A DNA stretch of 63,989 bases, the filler included, from Octopus bimaculoides (lineage: Eukaryota), in the NCBI RefSeq assembly GCF_001194135.2. It is 5 parts of 4 records of this genome, joined end to end, with 100 filler letters (N's around TTAATTAATTAA, not from the genome) between each part and the next. Parts side by side here need not be neighbours in the genome. Positions count along the whole stretch, not along the records: positions 9,275 to 36,981 come from NC_068981.1; 4 more parts are not named here. The stretch is one strand, 5' to 3'. The position numbers and the translations under genes were made by a program. Below, piece by piece: positions 12,329-26,486 of the stretch (position 1 is the first letter of the stretch; each line of letters starts with the position of its first letter). The notes below the pieces were generated by a model. The model saw only the letters and a program-made list of their open reading frames with translations, had not been told where the DNA came from and searched no databases.

Positions 12329-13064
12329 CTTTTACTTGTTTCTGTCATTAAATTGCAGCCATACTGGGGCACCGCCTTGAAGAATTTTTAGTTGAATGTA
12401 TTGATCCCAGTATTTATTTTTTTTAAAGCCTGTTACTTATTCTATCAGTCTCTTTTGTCAAACCGCTAAGTTTTGGGTATGTAAATACACCAGCACCAGT
12501 TGTCAAATGGTGGTGGGAGGCACATACACACACACACACACAAAGATGCATATATATATATAAACAATAAATCAAATAGAGAGATTCAATTGACAATTCA
12601 ATGATTTATTTATATTATAATATTTTATATTATATTATAATGTTGTACACACCCTTTTGAAGGAATTCCTTTCCTTAGTTTGTTTCTTATATATATATAT
12701 ATATATNNNNNNNNNNNNNNNNNNNNNNNNNNNNNNNNNNNNNNNNNNNNNNNNNNNNNNNNNNNNNNNNNNNNNNNNNNNNNNNNNNNNNNNNNNNNNN
12801 NNNNNNNNNNNNNNNNNNNNNNNNNNNNNNNNNNNNNNNNNNNNNNNNNNNNNNNNNNNNNNNNNNNNNNNNNNNNNNNNNNNNNNNNNNNNNNNNNNNN
12901 NNNNNNNNNNNNNNNNNNNNNNNNNNNNNNNNNNNNNNNNNNNNNNNNNNNNNNNNNNNNNNNNNNNNNNNNNNNNNNNNNNNNNNNNNNNNNNNNNNNN
13001 NNNNNNNNNNNNNNNNNNNNNNNNNNNNNNNNNNNNNNNGATGTTGGTGGGGGAACAAACACAA

Positions 13065-13095
<31 letters not shown>

Positions 13096-13260
13096 CATAT
13101 ATACGACGGGCTTCTTTCAGTTTCCGTCTACCAAATCCACTCACAAGGCTTTGGTCGGCCCGAGGCTATAGTAGAGACACTTGCCCAAGATGCCACGCAG
13201 TGGGACTGAACCCAGGACCATGTGGTTGGTAAGCAAGCTACTTACCACATAGCCACTCCT
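12329..13260 (-). mobile_element. SINE family B copy (or two partial copies) split by microsatellite and gap
   Basis: Tail segment 12329-12540 and head segment about 13040-13260 match the 61472 copy; extra head fragment at about 13268-13318. Confidence 0.8.
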
Positions 13261-14419
13261 ATTTATGGGACTGAACTAAGAACCATGTGGTTGGAAAGCA
13301 AGCTTCTTGACGCACAGTCACAAGGAAAAATATGTGAACAAATATCAGTGGCACAGTTTTGGTTAGAGTAGATCCTGATTCACCAGGAATTGATCCATGC
13401 ACTGTGGTCTCAAAGGCATCTCTGAGGCACATGAAATGTGACTTGCAGATTCAGGTGATGAAACTGCAATGGATTGCCATTAACAAGGCATTGCCCTTTT
13501 CCCCCATTTCAGCAGTTGAGATCATAGGTCTTCATTTGCTTGTTCTGCTTTGGGGACTTTAATTACTTTTTTTAATTATGTCCCTCTAGATGCACCTAGG
13601 TCATTGGGAACAAACTCTCCTCACAAAAGTTTTAGCTGAGATGGTCTTGCTACATAACTGGTCACTTGAGAGTGTGTTGAAATCAGTGTCTGAGTAGAGG
13701 CTGTATATTACATGTCACTCAGTGAAAAGTATTGAGCCTTATACATTAAAGAAATGTATAGTATGTGCAACTCAATATATGTATACCATCATTGTCATTG
13801 TTTTAACATCCATTTTTCCATGCTTGCATAAGTCTTACAGAATTTGTTGATTTTCAACAAACAATTGCTGTTCTTGCTGCCAATCTTGTTGTTCATGAAT
13901 AAGCATACTAAAATGTCGATAATATTAGCACAACTTGTTCTCATATAATATATGTAAAGTTGTAGTTTATATATGAAACAATATACTAGAAAGTAGATAA
14001 TGTCATAAGTAAATACTTCAGAGAAGCTTTGAAAGAGTTCTCAAATATGTGAAGAGATGAAGTTGTGACGCTATGTAAAATATTGAAGTTTGAGACTGGA
14101 AGCAAAAATAGAAATTATGTAAGGAAGAAGTCTTCAAATATGTCTGTTTGATCTATTAGTTTACCTGGTGGGTTTTGTTGACATATATTAGAACCTGACA
14201 GGTGCTCCTTAATTAACCAGGTGGAGTTGTAGGATACCAGAACTTCAATAAACATTTGTGGAAGTGATTGCATTCTCCAAAATTAGTATTTGAGTAATTC
14301 TCTGAGGGTTTTATGTTTTACAGTATGGCAGCTTCCTATATTGTTAATATCTGAGCCTTCTTGTTCTACTGATATATGGTCTGATTATTTCTCTCATAGT
14401 AAAGAAATTACAGGGAAGA

Positions 14420-14644
14420 TTAACTCTTTAGTATTCCAATTATTCTGTCAAATGTAATGCTTATTTATTCACAATGTTTTGAATTAATCATGCTTTATCT
14501 TGTACCATTGAGATTTCAATATGATTGTTTATTTTTAGAATGACATAGAAGGGTAGGTGTGAGAAGCTGAATCTAACCAGTTTGGACATAAAAAAGGTAG
14601 ATTATTTTGGCCAAATATGGCCAGTTTAAATACTAAAGGGTTAA
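14420..14644. mobile_element. piggyBac-like MITE (217 bp, TTAA target)
   Basis: TTAA-CTCTTTAGTATT ... AATACTAAAGGG-TTAA; 11/12 TIR match. Confidence 0.85.
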
Positions 14645-14958
14645 TAATTAAAAGTAGGAAAGTGAATAATTTACAATAGTGGAATAATAGTAATGTAGTT
14701 AGTGAGTGGTTTACAAACATTAGAGATAAACAAAATTCTAGATTTGCATAACTTCATATTATTGACTTCTTCTGTAGACAATCCCTTTAGATATCCAAAG
14801 AGGTACTATGAATTCACACATAGTAAGGAAACTTAGCTGTTTGGTAAAGGCTTGAGTGAAGAATATCTGTGATTTCCTCAGATTTACCAACTCTGCTGAA
14901 ATTTGAACCATTTTCTCATTAATTCCCAACTAGAAGCTTTTTCCTTTAATATATATAT

Positions 14959-15017
<59 letters not shown>

Positions 15018-16296
15018 CATATTACATATACAGAATGGACTCTCAAAAGAACATGTGCACACTCACTAACACATACAAAAGCAAGCACATATTCTCATAC
15101 ACATTAGCTTCTCCCTTTCTTTAACAGTCTTGTTTAACCGTTACATCTGTTGGTTACAATCAATACATTATTTGAGGTTCTCCAACTCTAATTTACTTGC
15201 TGCTTTATGTTTCGTGATGAAGAGCTATTGTTCAAAATATAAAATGAAATTTATTCCTTTCTCATATAATGTTTAATTAATTATTTGTGTACTCCTGTGT
15301 TTGTGTTTTTGTTCTTGAGATCTTTAAATTAATCTTCAAATGCAATGTTTACAAAGGCCTGTATCTGTCTGTCTCAGTCTTATTCCCTCACTTTTTCTTG
15401 TCTGTATACTTACTTACATGCATGCATTTATATCCACCCATTTATTGTTACCTTATTCTTCCTCATCGTCGTCATCATCATCTTCTCCTTGATTATCATG
15501 TTCACATTCCATGCTTGCATGGGTTGGACAAGTCAATACCGTCTGAGTGAGTTCTGCTCTTATAGACTGGCACTTGTACATTTCATTTTGGTTTGGTTCT
15601 ATAGTTGGATCTCCTTCCTATTTCCAACCACTTTACAAAGTGTACTGTGTGCATTTTATCATTGTACCAGCATTAGAGAGGACAAGATAAGCCCAAGGGG
15701 TTTATTTTCTCTGCTTGCTTGCCAATCATTCGACAGAGTGAACCATTTTGTATTGGCACCTGCAAGATGTATACATTTGTCCAAGGCAATATAACCAAAG
15801 TAGTGAATAGGTAAGCGAGCAGTAACAGAAGAAAAGCATGAATGGATGGATGAAGGGAGTAAGAGTATGATGATAGTATCAGAGTGATTAGAGCAAAGAA
15901 GAGAGGAGGGAGTACCGGGTAATAGCAAGGGTTGAGAGGAAAGTAAGAATCAGTGATATATGATGTATGTTTTTAACTTGACTGCAGCAACCATTTTCAA
16001 GTCAACTTACTCTGCAAGGCGCTTCTGAGTGGGTTGTTTAAGCTTGAAACCGTAAGTCAAATGATCATTTTATTTAGTCTATGATCAGTTAGGTATTCCC
16101 AGTCATCTAATTTCTCTAGTCTGTTTGAATGTACTTTATTATAGTTATAATAGTACTCTGGAACATGATTTTGACACTCAACTGATACAAAGCTCAGTCT
16201 ACCAAGGCGATTTAATGCAGCTGGCTTTTAATTTCTTGTAAGCAAATGTCAATTCCTGTGCTTTTACCTCTATGCTAACTCAGCTTCCTTTATTAG

Positions 16297-16327
16297 AACA
16301 ACAACAACAACAATTACTACTACTACA

Positions 16328-16400
<73 letters not shown>
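16297..16400. repeat. Compound (AAC)n/(TAC)n microsatellite
   Basis: Direct reading; explains the poly-Val ORF 16270-16461. Confidence 0.97.
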
Positions 16401-17838
16401 TTTCATTTGAACCTTTGCATAAATTTAACCTATTGCATTGACTAATTTTTATCATATGCAATTTTTTTCTTTTTTGTTTTGATTCTATTCTGTTGACTTT
16501 TCATAGTTTGAAGTAAATGTCAGATTTGGTTGGGAATAATTAAAACGTTAACCTATATTTATTTATATCTGAACAGTCGGTCATTGTTAAGAAAATTAAT
16601 TGCAAAATAAAATAAAGTGATCAATCCAACTGCTGTAATGTGCAAAGTTTTTAATGTTTTTTTAAAAATTTTTTCTTTCACTTTAATTCTATTTCTTTTT
16701 TGGTCATACTTTGCTTTCATTGCCCCATGTGCAATTCATAGAAAACCAGAAATGTTTTTCTTTGTATATTCTGCACATTTGATTGGTTTCTCACTTCAAG
16801 AGATTGAACCAAAAGATCAGTCTAAAAGGTCAAATATTGACCTATAACTACGTTTTCACTCTCAATACATAAGAGACATATAGTCTTTGTACTAAAAACT
16901 AAATGTTTCATGAAAAATGCATGTTTTGGGTTGTAGTGAAATGTGGACTAGTATCAAATATAACTGGCTCATGTTGTTTCTTTACAATCATGATGCTACT
17001 TACATCAGTATTTCTTCTTTGATTTTGTTTTCATGGACATGCTGCAGCACATTTTGATACTAATGTTAGTTTTGTTTTAAATTTGCCTTAATTAGTTATT
17101 GTTTTATACTCTAGTAATGATATTCTTTTAGCCACACACACACACACACACACACACACCACATATATATATACATATATTCATTCATTCCATCTGCTTG
17201 TATTAAAAAATTATATATATATATATNNNNNNNNNNNNNNNNNNNNNNNNNNNNNNNNNNNNNNNNNNNNNNNNNNNNNNNNNNNNNNNNNNNNNNNNNN
17301 NNNNNNNNNNNNNNNNNNNNNNNNNNNNNNNNNNNNNNNNNNNNNNNNNNNNNNNNNNNNNNNNNNNNNNNNNNNNNNNNNNNNNNNNNNNNNNNNNNNN
17401 NNNNNNNNNNNNNNNNNNNNNNNNNNNNNNNNNNNNNNNNNNNNNNNNNNNNNNNNNNNNNNNNNNNNNNNNNNNNNNNNNNNNNNNNNNNNNNNNNNNN
17501 NNNNNNNNNNNNNNNNNNNNNNNNNNNNNNNNNNNNNNNNNNNNNNNNNNNNNNNNNNNNACCTGCATGTCTTCAGGTGAATGGGTTTGAGAGCACTGCA
17601 GTGGATCATATTAAAGCAATGATGTGTATAATATGTGAAGCACTGAGCAATTACCAACTGATACTAATACACAGAACCAATTGTAGCAATTTGGATTAAA
17701 GCCTGTTCATTTCATGTTGTATTATAATTTTTTCATATAAATTCTGTGGATATTAACAAATTTCCACATGTATATCCAGTAAAAGGATAATTCCTGCTGT
17801 ATGATTAAAAAAGCTAAACTGATACCCATAGAGGAACT

Positions 17839-17889
<51 letters not shown>

Positions 17890-17899
17890 TTATATCTTC

Positions 17900-18181
17900 T
17901 TTGGCTGTTGTAGGTTGGCGTTGACTGTTCTTATTCAGTAATCATCTCTGGCAGGCTCGCATGTGGGCTACAAGGCCTGCTCTTGATCTGTAGCAGTGAT
18001 AGCATCTGATGCAGGTGAAGCTACTCAATGCAATGGAGAAGTGATGACTCTCATGTTCTCTTTCATAGTCTTGGATTTATGAGCTTCAGTAATTGGTGTC
18101 ATTCATTGTGCCACAGGGCCTTCTCTTCTCGGGTGTCTAGGGAGATGCCAGAGTTCTTCATATGTCTCATCAGCACATCCC
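17900..18181 (-). mobile_element. RTE-type LINE 3' end fragment
   Basis: - strand gives DVLMRHMKNSGISLDTREEKALW and SRAGLVAHMRACQ (RTE C-terminal zinc-knuckle-like) with stops and frameshifts. Confidence 0.7.
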
Positions 18182-18286
18182 TGTATGTATATGTATGTAT
18201 GTGTGTGTGTGTATGTATATATATATATATCATTTGTAGAAAACATAAATTCAGAGAAGAAGCACTCTCTAAGATGTAGAGCAGTG

Positions 18287-18544
18287 TACATTTTAATGGG
18301 GGAGGCTGAGCGTTTTGGAAATTTGCAAGATGGCAGCACAGCCAGAAACATTTTCGAGGTCAAATCGTACCATATTTATGAGAGACCTGTGGTTTCCGTA
18401 AAATGTGTAGAAGTGCGGCACTGGTCAGCTATTTAACAGAAACCATAGGGGTCTCTGTGAAAAACTGGCCAGGGAGTGCAAAGTTTCTGGCAGTGCCACC
18501 ATTTTGCAAATTCCAAAATGCTTGGCCTCCCCCATTAAAATATA
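18287..18544. mobile_element. Near-palindromic MITE with about 60-bp TIRs, TA flanks (Tc1/mariner-like)
   Basis: cattttaatgggggaggctgagcgttttggaaatttgcaagatggcagcacagccagaaac vs gtttctggcagtgccaccattttgcaaattccaaaatgcttggcctcccccattaaaat; second internal inverted pair gagacctgtggtttccgtaaaat / atttaacagaaaccataggggtctc. Confidence 0.85.
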
Positions 18545-18616
18545 TATATATATTTATTGCATTATATTAAAGGTTACATGTGAACTCAAGATAGTTGAAA
18601 TATTTCTTTCCCTAGT

Positions 18617-18690
18617 AACATTTCTTAGCTATTATATATAAACATCTCTTAGCTATTATATATGAACATCCCTTAGCTATTATATATGAA
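18617..18690. repeat. 24-bp tandem repeat x3
   Basis: aacat(t/c)(t/c)cttagctattatatat(a/g) three times. Confidence 0.9.
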
Positions 18691-19499
18691 GTCTTTTTTT
18701 TCATTATGTGATTGGAATGTGGAAATTTGAGTGTAATTAGAATTAGATATGACTTTATTCAAATAAAATTTTCAATATCATAAAAGCAATTTCAATTAAT
18801 TTATTTCTATAGACTTATAATCATATAGGCATTGATTTTGATAAAATATTGACTGAAACATTTTTAAATTGTAGAATACTTAGGAATAATATACTCAATT
18901 TAAAGTTGCAGAAGTTACAGAATTGACAAAAATTTCACAGATTATTCTACAAATTTATGCAAACTAAAGAAAACCTGGAAACAAACTATGTAAAACTGTT
19001 GTTATTCAAATTCATTCATTTCTATATTGGTTTTTGCTTTCAGTATCTTTTAATTATCCAACTTTGAAAGAATCTTAATATAATTGACAAAACCAAAAAA
19101 TTCTTCCCCTAAATTGAAGCTTAAGTTCATACCACATTCTGGTCAATTACACGGAATTTCTTTAGTTGTATATAATTTTAAGAACAGCTGACCATCTTAT
19201 AATACTTATACCCAATTCATTACTAAAACATTTGGTTTGAGTACATAAAATGATCTTGTTCTCTTATTTTAGTGTGTTGTCCATAGAGTTTATGTATTTA
19301 TTTTGTATTGTAATTATTGAACAATACTTTTATTAGTTACAGATTTCACTTTGCCAATTATGAGTACACTGCATTTTTTTTTACAGTGAGAATGACAAGG
19401 GAGTGTCTTTAATTCTGTGCAGAACAAATAGTTGAAGACATAAATTTCATTTATGAAGTATTGGTTTCTTGGTTTTCTTGCTGAGGTAAATATCCTTCA

Positions 19500-19551
<52 letters not shown>

Positions 19552-19561
19552 NNNNNNNNNN

Positions 19562-19750
19562 CCAAAATTTTTGGGGAGGGGACCAGTCGATTAAATCAAC
19601 CCCATTGCACAACTGGTACTTAATTTATTGACCCCGAAAGGATGAAAGGTAAAGTTAACCTCGGCAGAATTTGAACTCAGAACGTAAAGACAGATAAAAT
19701 ACTGCTGAGAATCTCACCTGGCATGCTAATGTTTCTGCCAGCTCCCTGCC
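19562..19750 (-). mobile_element. SINE family A, CpG-decayed copy
   Basis: actggtacttaatttattgaccccgaaaggatgaaagg...atttgaactcagaacgtaaagac...ctgccagctccctgcc. Confidence 0.85.
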
Positions 19751-20603
19751 TTTCCACACACAAGATATTAGTCAAATTAAGGTTCTAGTAGAAGGCACTT
19801 GTCCAATATGCTATAACAGTGGGATTGAACCTGCAACCATGTGGATATGAAGCAAACTTCTTAACATCTTGGCCATAAGCTTCTTATTGGTATTTATTTT
19901 AAGATTAAATTTTGTTATGTTCTAATGATGTAATGAGTTTTAATTATTGGTATCTTATATTCATTTGAAAAGTATGCTAAGGACTACATTGTAAAAATAT
20001 TGCTACATACTAACAAAGTTTATTTTATAACAAAACAATTAAGATAAAGATGGTTATCCTTTTATCCTTACTCCAAAATATTTTTGTTAGAACATAAAAA
20101 AAAAAAGAGATTTAAACAAGTAAAAAGAAAATTCTTTTATTTGGTTATTTCAAGTAATTATTTACAATTATTGCTGATATTATGAACATCCATACTAATT
20201 TGAATTAAATTATCAAAGCAACTGTGTAGATTTTTTTTCACAAATAAGTTTTGTTGAAAAAGTAGGAAAAAAAAAACTAATTGGTATCACAGTTGTGTGA
20301 AGAGCATGCAATTTTTATATGAATTTATTTGAGGATGTAATTAAACCTAGACATCACAAGACTTTCTCAGTTTTGTTGATTACTGTTTTGATCCGAAACT
20401 GCTCGAAAGCTTTGAATTTTCATTAGCATTTGTCAAATTGAAGTAAGCAATAGAAATCTCCTTTCCTAATACTGAAATAAAGTCTTTCTGGTCAAACTAG
20501 GCTAGTGACTAATTTGTAACTCAAATAACTTTTATTTATTTTTTTGAATAATAAATAGATAGAATTATAACTATAAGATACTTTTGTGTTTCTAGAGAAT
20601 TAT

Positions 20604-20831
20604 TTAACTCTTTCGTTACCAACCCGACTGAAACTGGCTCTGGCTCTGAGTACAAATGTCTTGTTTTCATAAGTTTTGAATTAAAATCTTCCATCAAACC
20701 TTAGTCACGATTTGTGTTCTAAACACTAGCTGAATGATAACTAAGTTATTTTACTAAATTCTTTGTTATATTTAAAGTAATTGAAAGAAACAGAGAGCAT
20801 CTCAACAGAAATATGGTAACAAAAGGGTTAA
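20604..20831. mobile_element. piggyBac-like MITE (220 bp, TTAA target)
   Basis: TTAA-CTCTTTCGTTACCA ... TGGTAACAAAAGGG-TTAA; 12/14 TIR match. Confidence 0.85.
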
Positions 20832-20971
20832 GCACATGAAGTTAATTTGCTTAAAAACACTCAACTATAGAAAAGTACTGAAGTTGAATAAAAATGATAG
20901 GAAAATAAAATTATATTATTTTTTAATTCCAGTGTTTTTTTTTATCCTTATGGTATCTGTTTATTTTCATG

Positions 20972-21215
20972 TCTTAGAGCAGTATTTTTCAACCATTTTT
21001 TGCCTCTGGACTCCTTTGATTCCTATTTTCAATGTTCAAAAAAATCCTGTTTATTTTTAATATTAAATGTTAGTAGGAATTGTATAAAACATTATTGAAA
21101 TATTTTGTATATTGTAGAAGTATAACCAATTAGTTGCACATAATTTTTAACAACAGATTCTTACATGGATCCCCAAGGGTCATATGAACCCCAGTTGAGA
21201 GCCACTGTCTTAAAG
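20972..21215. mobile_element. hAT-like MITE (228 bp) with 8-bp TSD
   Basis: TSD tcttagag / tcttaaag (7/8); ends cagtatttttcaac ... gttgagagccactg (10/14). Confidence 0.8.
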
Positions 21216-22576
21216 TATTTTCATATCTTAAAACACTTTTCTTTTATCAAAGTAGGAAAGAGTGTTTTGACTACTATAATTATTGTGGAGTATCAACTTC
21301 AAGTTGTTACTGTAGTCGATTAAGAATATGATCTATTAACCTTTAGGATAGTTTTACTTTACTTCTACATCCAATAAATATTTATTCAGTGTCTTGACCT
21401 TGTAAAACTCATTGGATTCTGAACTTTTTCAGAACTGGCAAGAGAACTCTACTAGAAACCAGAATGTTATTTTGATTTTTTAACGACAAACACTGAAGTT
21501 TTCTTTCTGTTTAGAATTGAAATTTTTCTAAGAGATACTTATTTTTACCTGTTGATTCTATTATGGTATTTTCTTGGTCTCGCTTTTCTTTTCTAGAGAG
21601 TTTATTATCTCATGTCTTTGTGTTACATTTTCATCTTTTGTTTTTAATGTATTTATGTAAGTGTTTGTTTGTTTGCATGTAGACTTGTTTATATGCATGC
21701 ATATGTATTAGACCGTAGACAAAACTCCCCTCTCCTTTCTCCACTGACTTCATTGTTTGACCTCTATCATTGACCCATCCCCCAAGAAGGTTATTAGTTT
21801 TGTCACCAGAGGATAGCCATGGATACTGTAGCAGTAGCATCTGTAATGACAGCAGCAGTAGTGGTAGGGGAACAGTCAGTATAGGTGACTGTACTACTGC
21901 TTATTGTCACTATGGCTGCTACTGCCTTTGCTCCCCCCCCCCCCCATAGCTGCTGCTACCCTTGCTCTGAATGTTAAACCAACCAGCAATCTATGAGCTG
22001 CAAGCTATTGATTTAGCGTTTCACCTCTTGTACATATATAACTTCAGTCTTGCTCAGCGGTCATCTGGTTTAGTTGCAGTTGCTATTGCTCAAAATCTAT
22101 CGCCTGCAGCTTTAAAGCCTTATTTTTCAGCAGTCATCAACTGTTGCTTTTTTTTTCTCACTGCTCGTGCCCAAGTTATTCATTGTATCTTACCATTCAT
22201 CTATATTCTGTTGTCTTGATGTATATACTTGTATATGTTTTTAACATAATATACCTTCCTTGTCCCCTCTGTATGTGTTGGGTTTCCCTTCATCTCTATA
22301 TATGAATTTTTTACTAGTTAATTGAATGTTGTATTGATCAGATGCATAAGTTCCTTTAAAATAGATGTAGTCCTTGCTAAGAACTAGTAATAATTGAATC
22401 ACATAGATTACATTTTATTGGGTGTGCTTTTCCAATTTTTAAATGAGGATTTTATTGAATTAAATAATATAAGGCAATTTCATTTAATTCAATAAAATTA
22501 ATAGCAATAAGGACTGGAGAAGGAGAGAAATCATGTGTGTGTGTATGTATCTATATATATATATATATATATACAC

Positions 22577-22740
22577 TTGTTAAGGAGTTTGCTTGGCAGC
22601 CATGGCAACCATGTGGCTTGGGGTTTGATCCCATTGCATGGCGTCTTGGGCCAGTGCGTTCTGCTGCTATAGGTTTCGATTTACCATTACTATGTCAGTG
22701 AAATATGGTAGAGAGGTGTGCAGAAGCCTGTTGTCAAGTC
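22577..22740 (+). mobile_element. Old SINE family B head
   Basis: gtaaggagtttgctt...aaccatgtggcttggggtttgatcccattgcatggcgtcttgggccagtg. Confidence 0.6.
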
Positions 22741-23217
22741 TGCAAGTATATATATAGGTATGGTGATGCAAACAGGAAACATAGAACTCAAAATATGAAT
22801 ATATGCATATTTTTATTAATATTTAGCAGAAGCAAAGAAGCAACAGAGTGACTCAAGGGCTGAGAGTTTCGTGCCAATGCATGAAACTCCTGGCCCTTGT
22901 GTCACTAGCTTATGCTAAATATTAATACATACATATATATTATATATATTGGTGTATTGTGTTTGTTTGTGAGTTTATATTTATGTTCTAAAAATAGGTG
23001 TAGTTGATGTCAGTGTCCCTTTATGTCCTATAACTTAACAATTTGATAAAAAGAAATTGATAAATAAGTATCAAAGTACCACAGGGAAATAAATTCTAGG
23101 GCCGATATGATCGATAAGGCAATGCCCTGGCATGACCATTATTTAATGATTGACATTGATAAAAGAATTATAGAATAAAAAATATAACTCACTCACACAT
23201 GCACACACATATCTGTC

Positions 23218-23321
<104 letters not shown>

Positions 23322-23821
23322 AAATAAGTCTTATTTATTATACTCCACTTTATTCATTTCTCTCTCTCTCTCACATGTTTCTTGAAGTTACTTTAATTCA
23401 TCAGATTGGCTAACTGATATTTGTTTTTAACAATGCCCATATTAAGTTGCATGTCTGGCTTTATGAAATGGGTTATGTATTGATTAGACTATTAGCTTAA
23501 TCTTTCACATTTCTATCTACTTTCCGATCTGTATACTTCACAAATGTTTTCATGTATTTTTTTTTATATACTCACTTGCATTCCTAGTTTCTCTGTTGCC
23601 ACTCACTTCTACTCACCTTCTACCTTGAGGTGTCACTAGCACACCTTGTCATCACTGTTTATCTTTTTTTGCGGCTACTTCTAATTCATTCTCTTTTCTA
23701 AATGTGAGTAATCATGTAGCTTCTCTACAACAAGGATCTGCTCTGTCCCATTCTCTCATACTTTAACCCCTAATCTCCAAGCATAAAACTCCCCCCCCAC
23801 CACCACTCCTATGGAGTTGTT

Positions 23822-24036
23822 GTTACGCAAACTGCAAGGTTACCTCACTAGTGCCCTTGGCATTAGAAAAGTACCCAGTATACACTGTAAAGTGGTTAGC
23901 ATTAGGAAAGGCATCTAGCCATTGAAGCCATGCCAAACAGACACTGGAGCATGATGTTGTTCTTCAACCCAGTAGATCCTTTCAAACTATCCAACCCATG
24001 CCTACATAGAATTTGGACATGAATTGATGATGATGA
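23822..24036 (+). mobile_element. SINE family C copy
   Basis: gtacacactgtaaagtggttagcattaggaaaggcatctagcc ... ccaacccatgcctacatagaatttggacatgaattgatgatgatg. Confidence 0.7.
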
Positions 24037-25386
24037 TTCATATGACCCCAAAGATATATATCCCTCTTTGTTCCATTCAGTATATCAGTTTCTTCTTGTC
24101 ACCCCAAAATGTCTTATTCTCTTCTAGATTTGTGTTAACTACTTCACCTAATTCTTCTTCTTCAGAATTGCCTCCTGCTGAAAGTCCCTTTCTGCTCATA
24201 TTTTTTATCTATCCACTAAATGGTAATAATTCAAATTGAACATTTAACTACAAAAATGTTTTACCTCTTGTATCTATATTGGAAACTCTAAATTAATAAA
24301 TATAAATAACAGTTTTTATAGGTAACCTCAAGAGAGAGAGGGAGAGGAATCATTGTTATTCTTTAGCAGCAGGTCACTTCTGATCAAGCAGATTTATGAT
24401 CAAAGGCTTCTAGCTATGGCCATTCTGACTTCATGCAAATATAATATGCCTTCGACAACATTATCCAACTGCAGCAAATAATCAGAATTATTGACCACTG
24501 GACAAAATACTTGCAGTATATAGTTACAACATTTTATGTTTAAAACTTTCCAGGGTTCGCCTTTTATCTTTCTCTGGTCAAACATTGATTTAATACTCCT
24601 ATAAAGCTTCCTTGATGTGAATGGAGTTATATTAGATGAATGTGCCTTTTTTAAGACTCTAGGGTAAAATTTCAGGGAGATGTAACAGCACAGTCAATCA
24701 CAGGTTGATTAATTGCTTATTGCTTTCATGTTCAATATGCAGCATCCTAACAAATCATTGCATGTGATTAATCCATAAAAAGAATACTGAACTATTGACA
24801 GGTAGTATCTTTAAGTTTTGTATGCTATAGTGAAAATAACAACATAAAAAAATGAGATAAAATTTGCTTGAGGAGTGTCATGCTACGTCCCATAAAAAAG
24901 TTCAGATGAGATTTGCATTTTACCATCATCTCCAGCACCAGCTTTTATTTATAAAGTCGGATTTGCCAGAGAACACTTTCATGATCTTAGATTCTCTTAA
25001 GAAGTTTAAAAAGGAAATCAAAGATAATTTGGATGACTGCTCATATGAGTTTGAAAACTTGTGGACCTAAATTAATGGAAAAGGATCAAACTTTATGTAG
25101 ATCCTCCTTCAGAGGACAGCTATTTCTTGAATGAATGGCAGCTTTGACATAGTGTTGTATGTAGGAGTACTGGATAGATTGACAAAACAAATAGTTCTAA
25201 GTTGGGCCTGCTACAGAAACCACCAGCAGTAAAGGTTTTCCAAACTATTTGAACAATGAAAGAAATGAAAGAGCTTCAGTCATTTCTATTATTCATTTGC
25301 AGACCACTTTCTGGTGTTTGTTAGTTAGTCTCACTTTCATATTATTCTGGTAACTCTCTGCCTCTCTTTTATTGTTATATTTCTAA

Positions 25387-25596
25387 TACAGGGAGATACT
25401 GAAAAGTTCCTGACTCTGGATAAAAGGAGGATCAGGAGGATCAGTTCATTATGATTTTATTCAGCATATTCCCCTCTTAGATTCATACACTTATTGCAGC
25501 AGTTATTCAGTTTTTCTAAACTCTATAAAAAAAACCTGGAAGGTTGGGCCTCCAATCAGGCCTTTTGTGATATCCTTAAAGTCAGGGACTTTTCAT
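25387..25596. mobile_element. Mariner-like MITE
   Basis: TA-cagggagatactgaaaagttcctgact ... agtcagggacttttca (15/16 inverted match); right end eroded. Confidence 0.7.
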
Positions 25597-26009
25597 TTAT
25601 ATTTATTATTTTTATCTCATGGAATATATGATTAGCTTAAAAATTATTATCTTAGTGGCTTACTATTCTGTTCGTTTACAGATCATGGAGTCGTGTTCTG
25701 AAGAAAGCATACAGGGTAAATAGTCAAGGATTAAGATAGTCTGTGTTGATCTTCAGCATAGTTCTGATGTTTCGTTGAACATATGTTGTATTTTCTTAGT
25801 CAAATCCCTTCAATAAAAGCAAAAAAATATTGTTAATTATCTGAACATTATTTACATCATTACTAGTGACTGTCTTATCTTGAGAATTTATGCAACATGA
25901 ATATATTTAAAGATATGAATAATTTAGGTAGTAACACAAATTAGTTGTTATACTTAGTGTTATTATCTGTATGTGACACTTTTGTCACAGAAAGTGCCTG
26001 GGAAGAAAT

Positions 26010-26059
<50 letters not shown>

Positions 26060-26426
26060 CTCATCTGTGCATGGGAAAGTAATAGAGAAATAAGAATAAA
26101 TGAGGAAGAAGAGCAACAAAAATTATTTGCCACAAGTAGTGGACTTGAAAGATATTGTAAACATGGATATTAGGAAGGACAGCTTATTTCTAATATAAAT
26201 ACTAGATAAAGTGGAAAAAATTTAACAAATATAAATTATAGTGTCTAGCAAATTCAGCAAATATCAGTAGGGTAGATACATACGTTCTATCATTATTGCA
26301 TATCAAAATAAAGCTGAATATTTGTTTTACAAATATTCATAGGGTTGTGACCACAGCTTTTTTATTAAGTGACTATATAATATATGTGTATATGTGTGTG
26401 TGTGTGTGAGTGAGTGTGTATGTGTG

Positions 26427-26486
<60 letters not shown>

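Noticed and set aside
16270-16461. Poly-Val ORF and the many VCVC/YIYI/THTH/ERER ORFs (e.g. 23225-23413, 25973-26173, 63221-63504)
   Set aside because: Translations of TAC, GT, TA, CA and GA microsatellites
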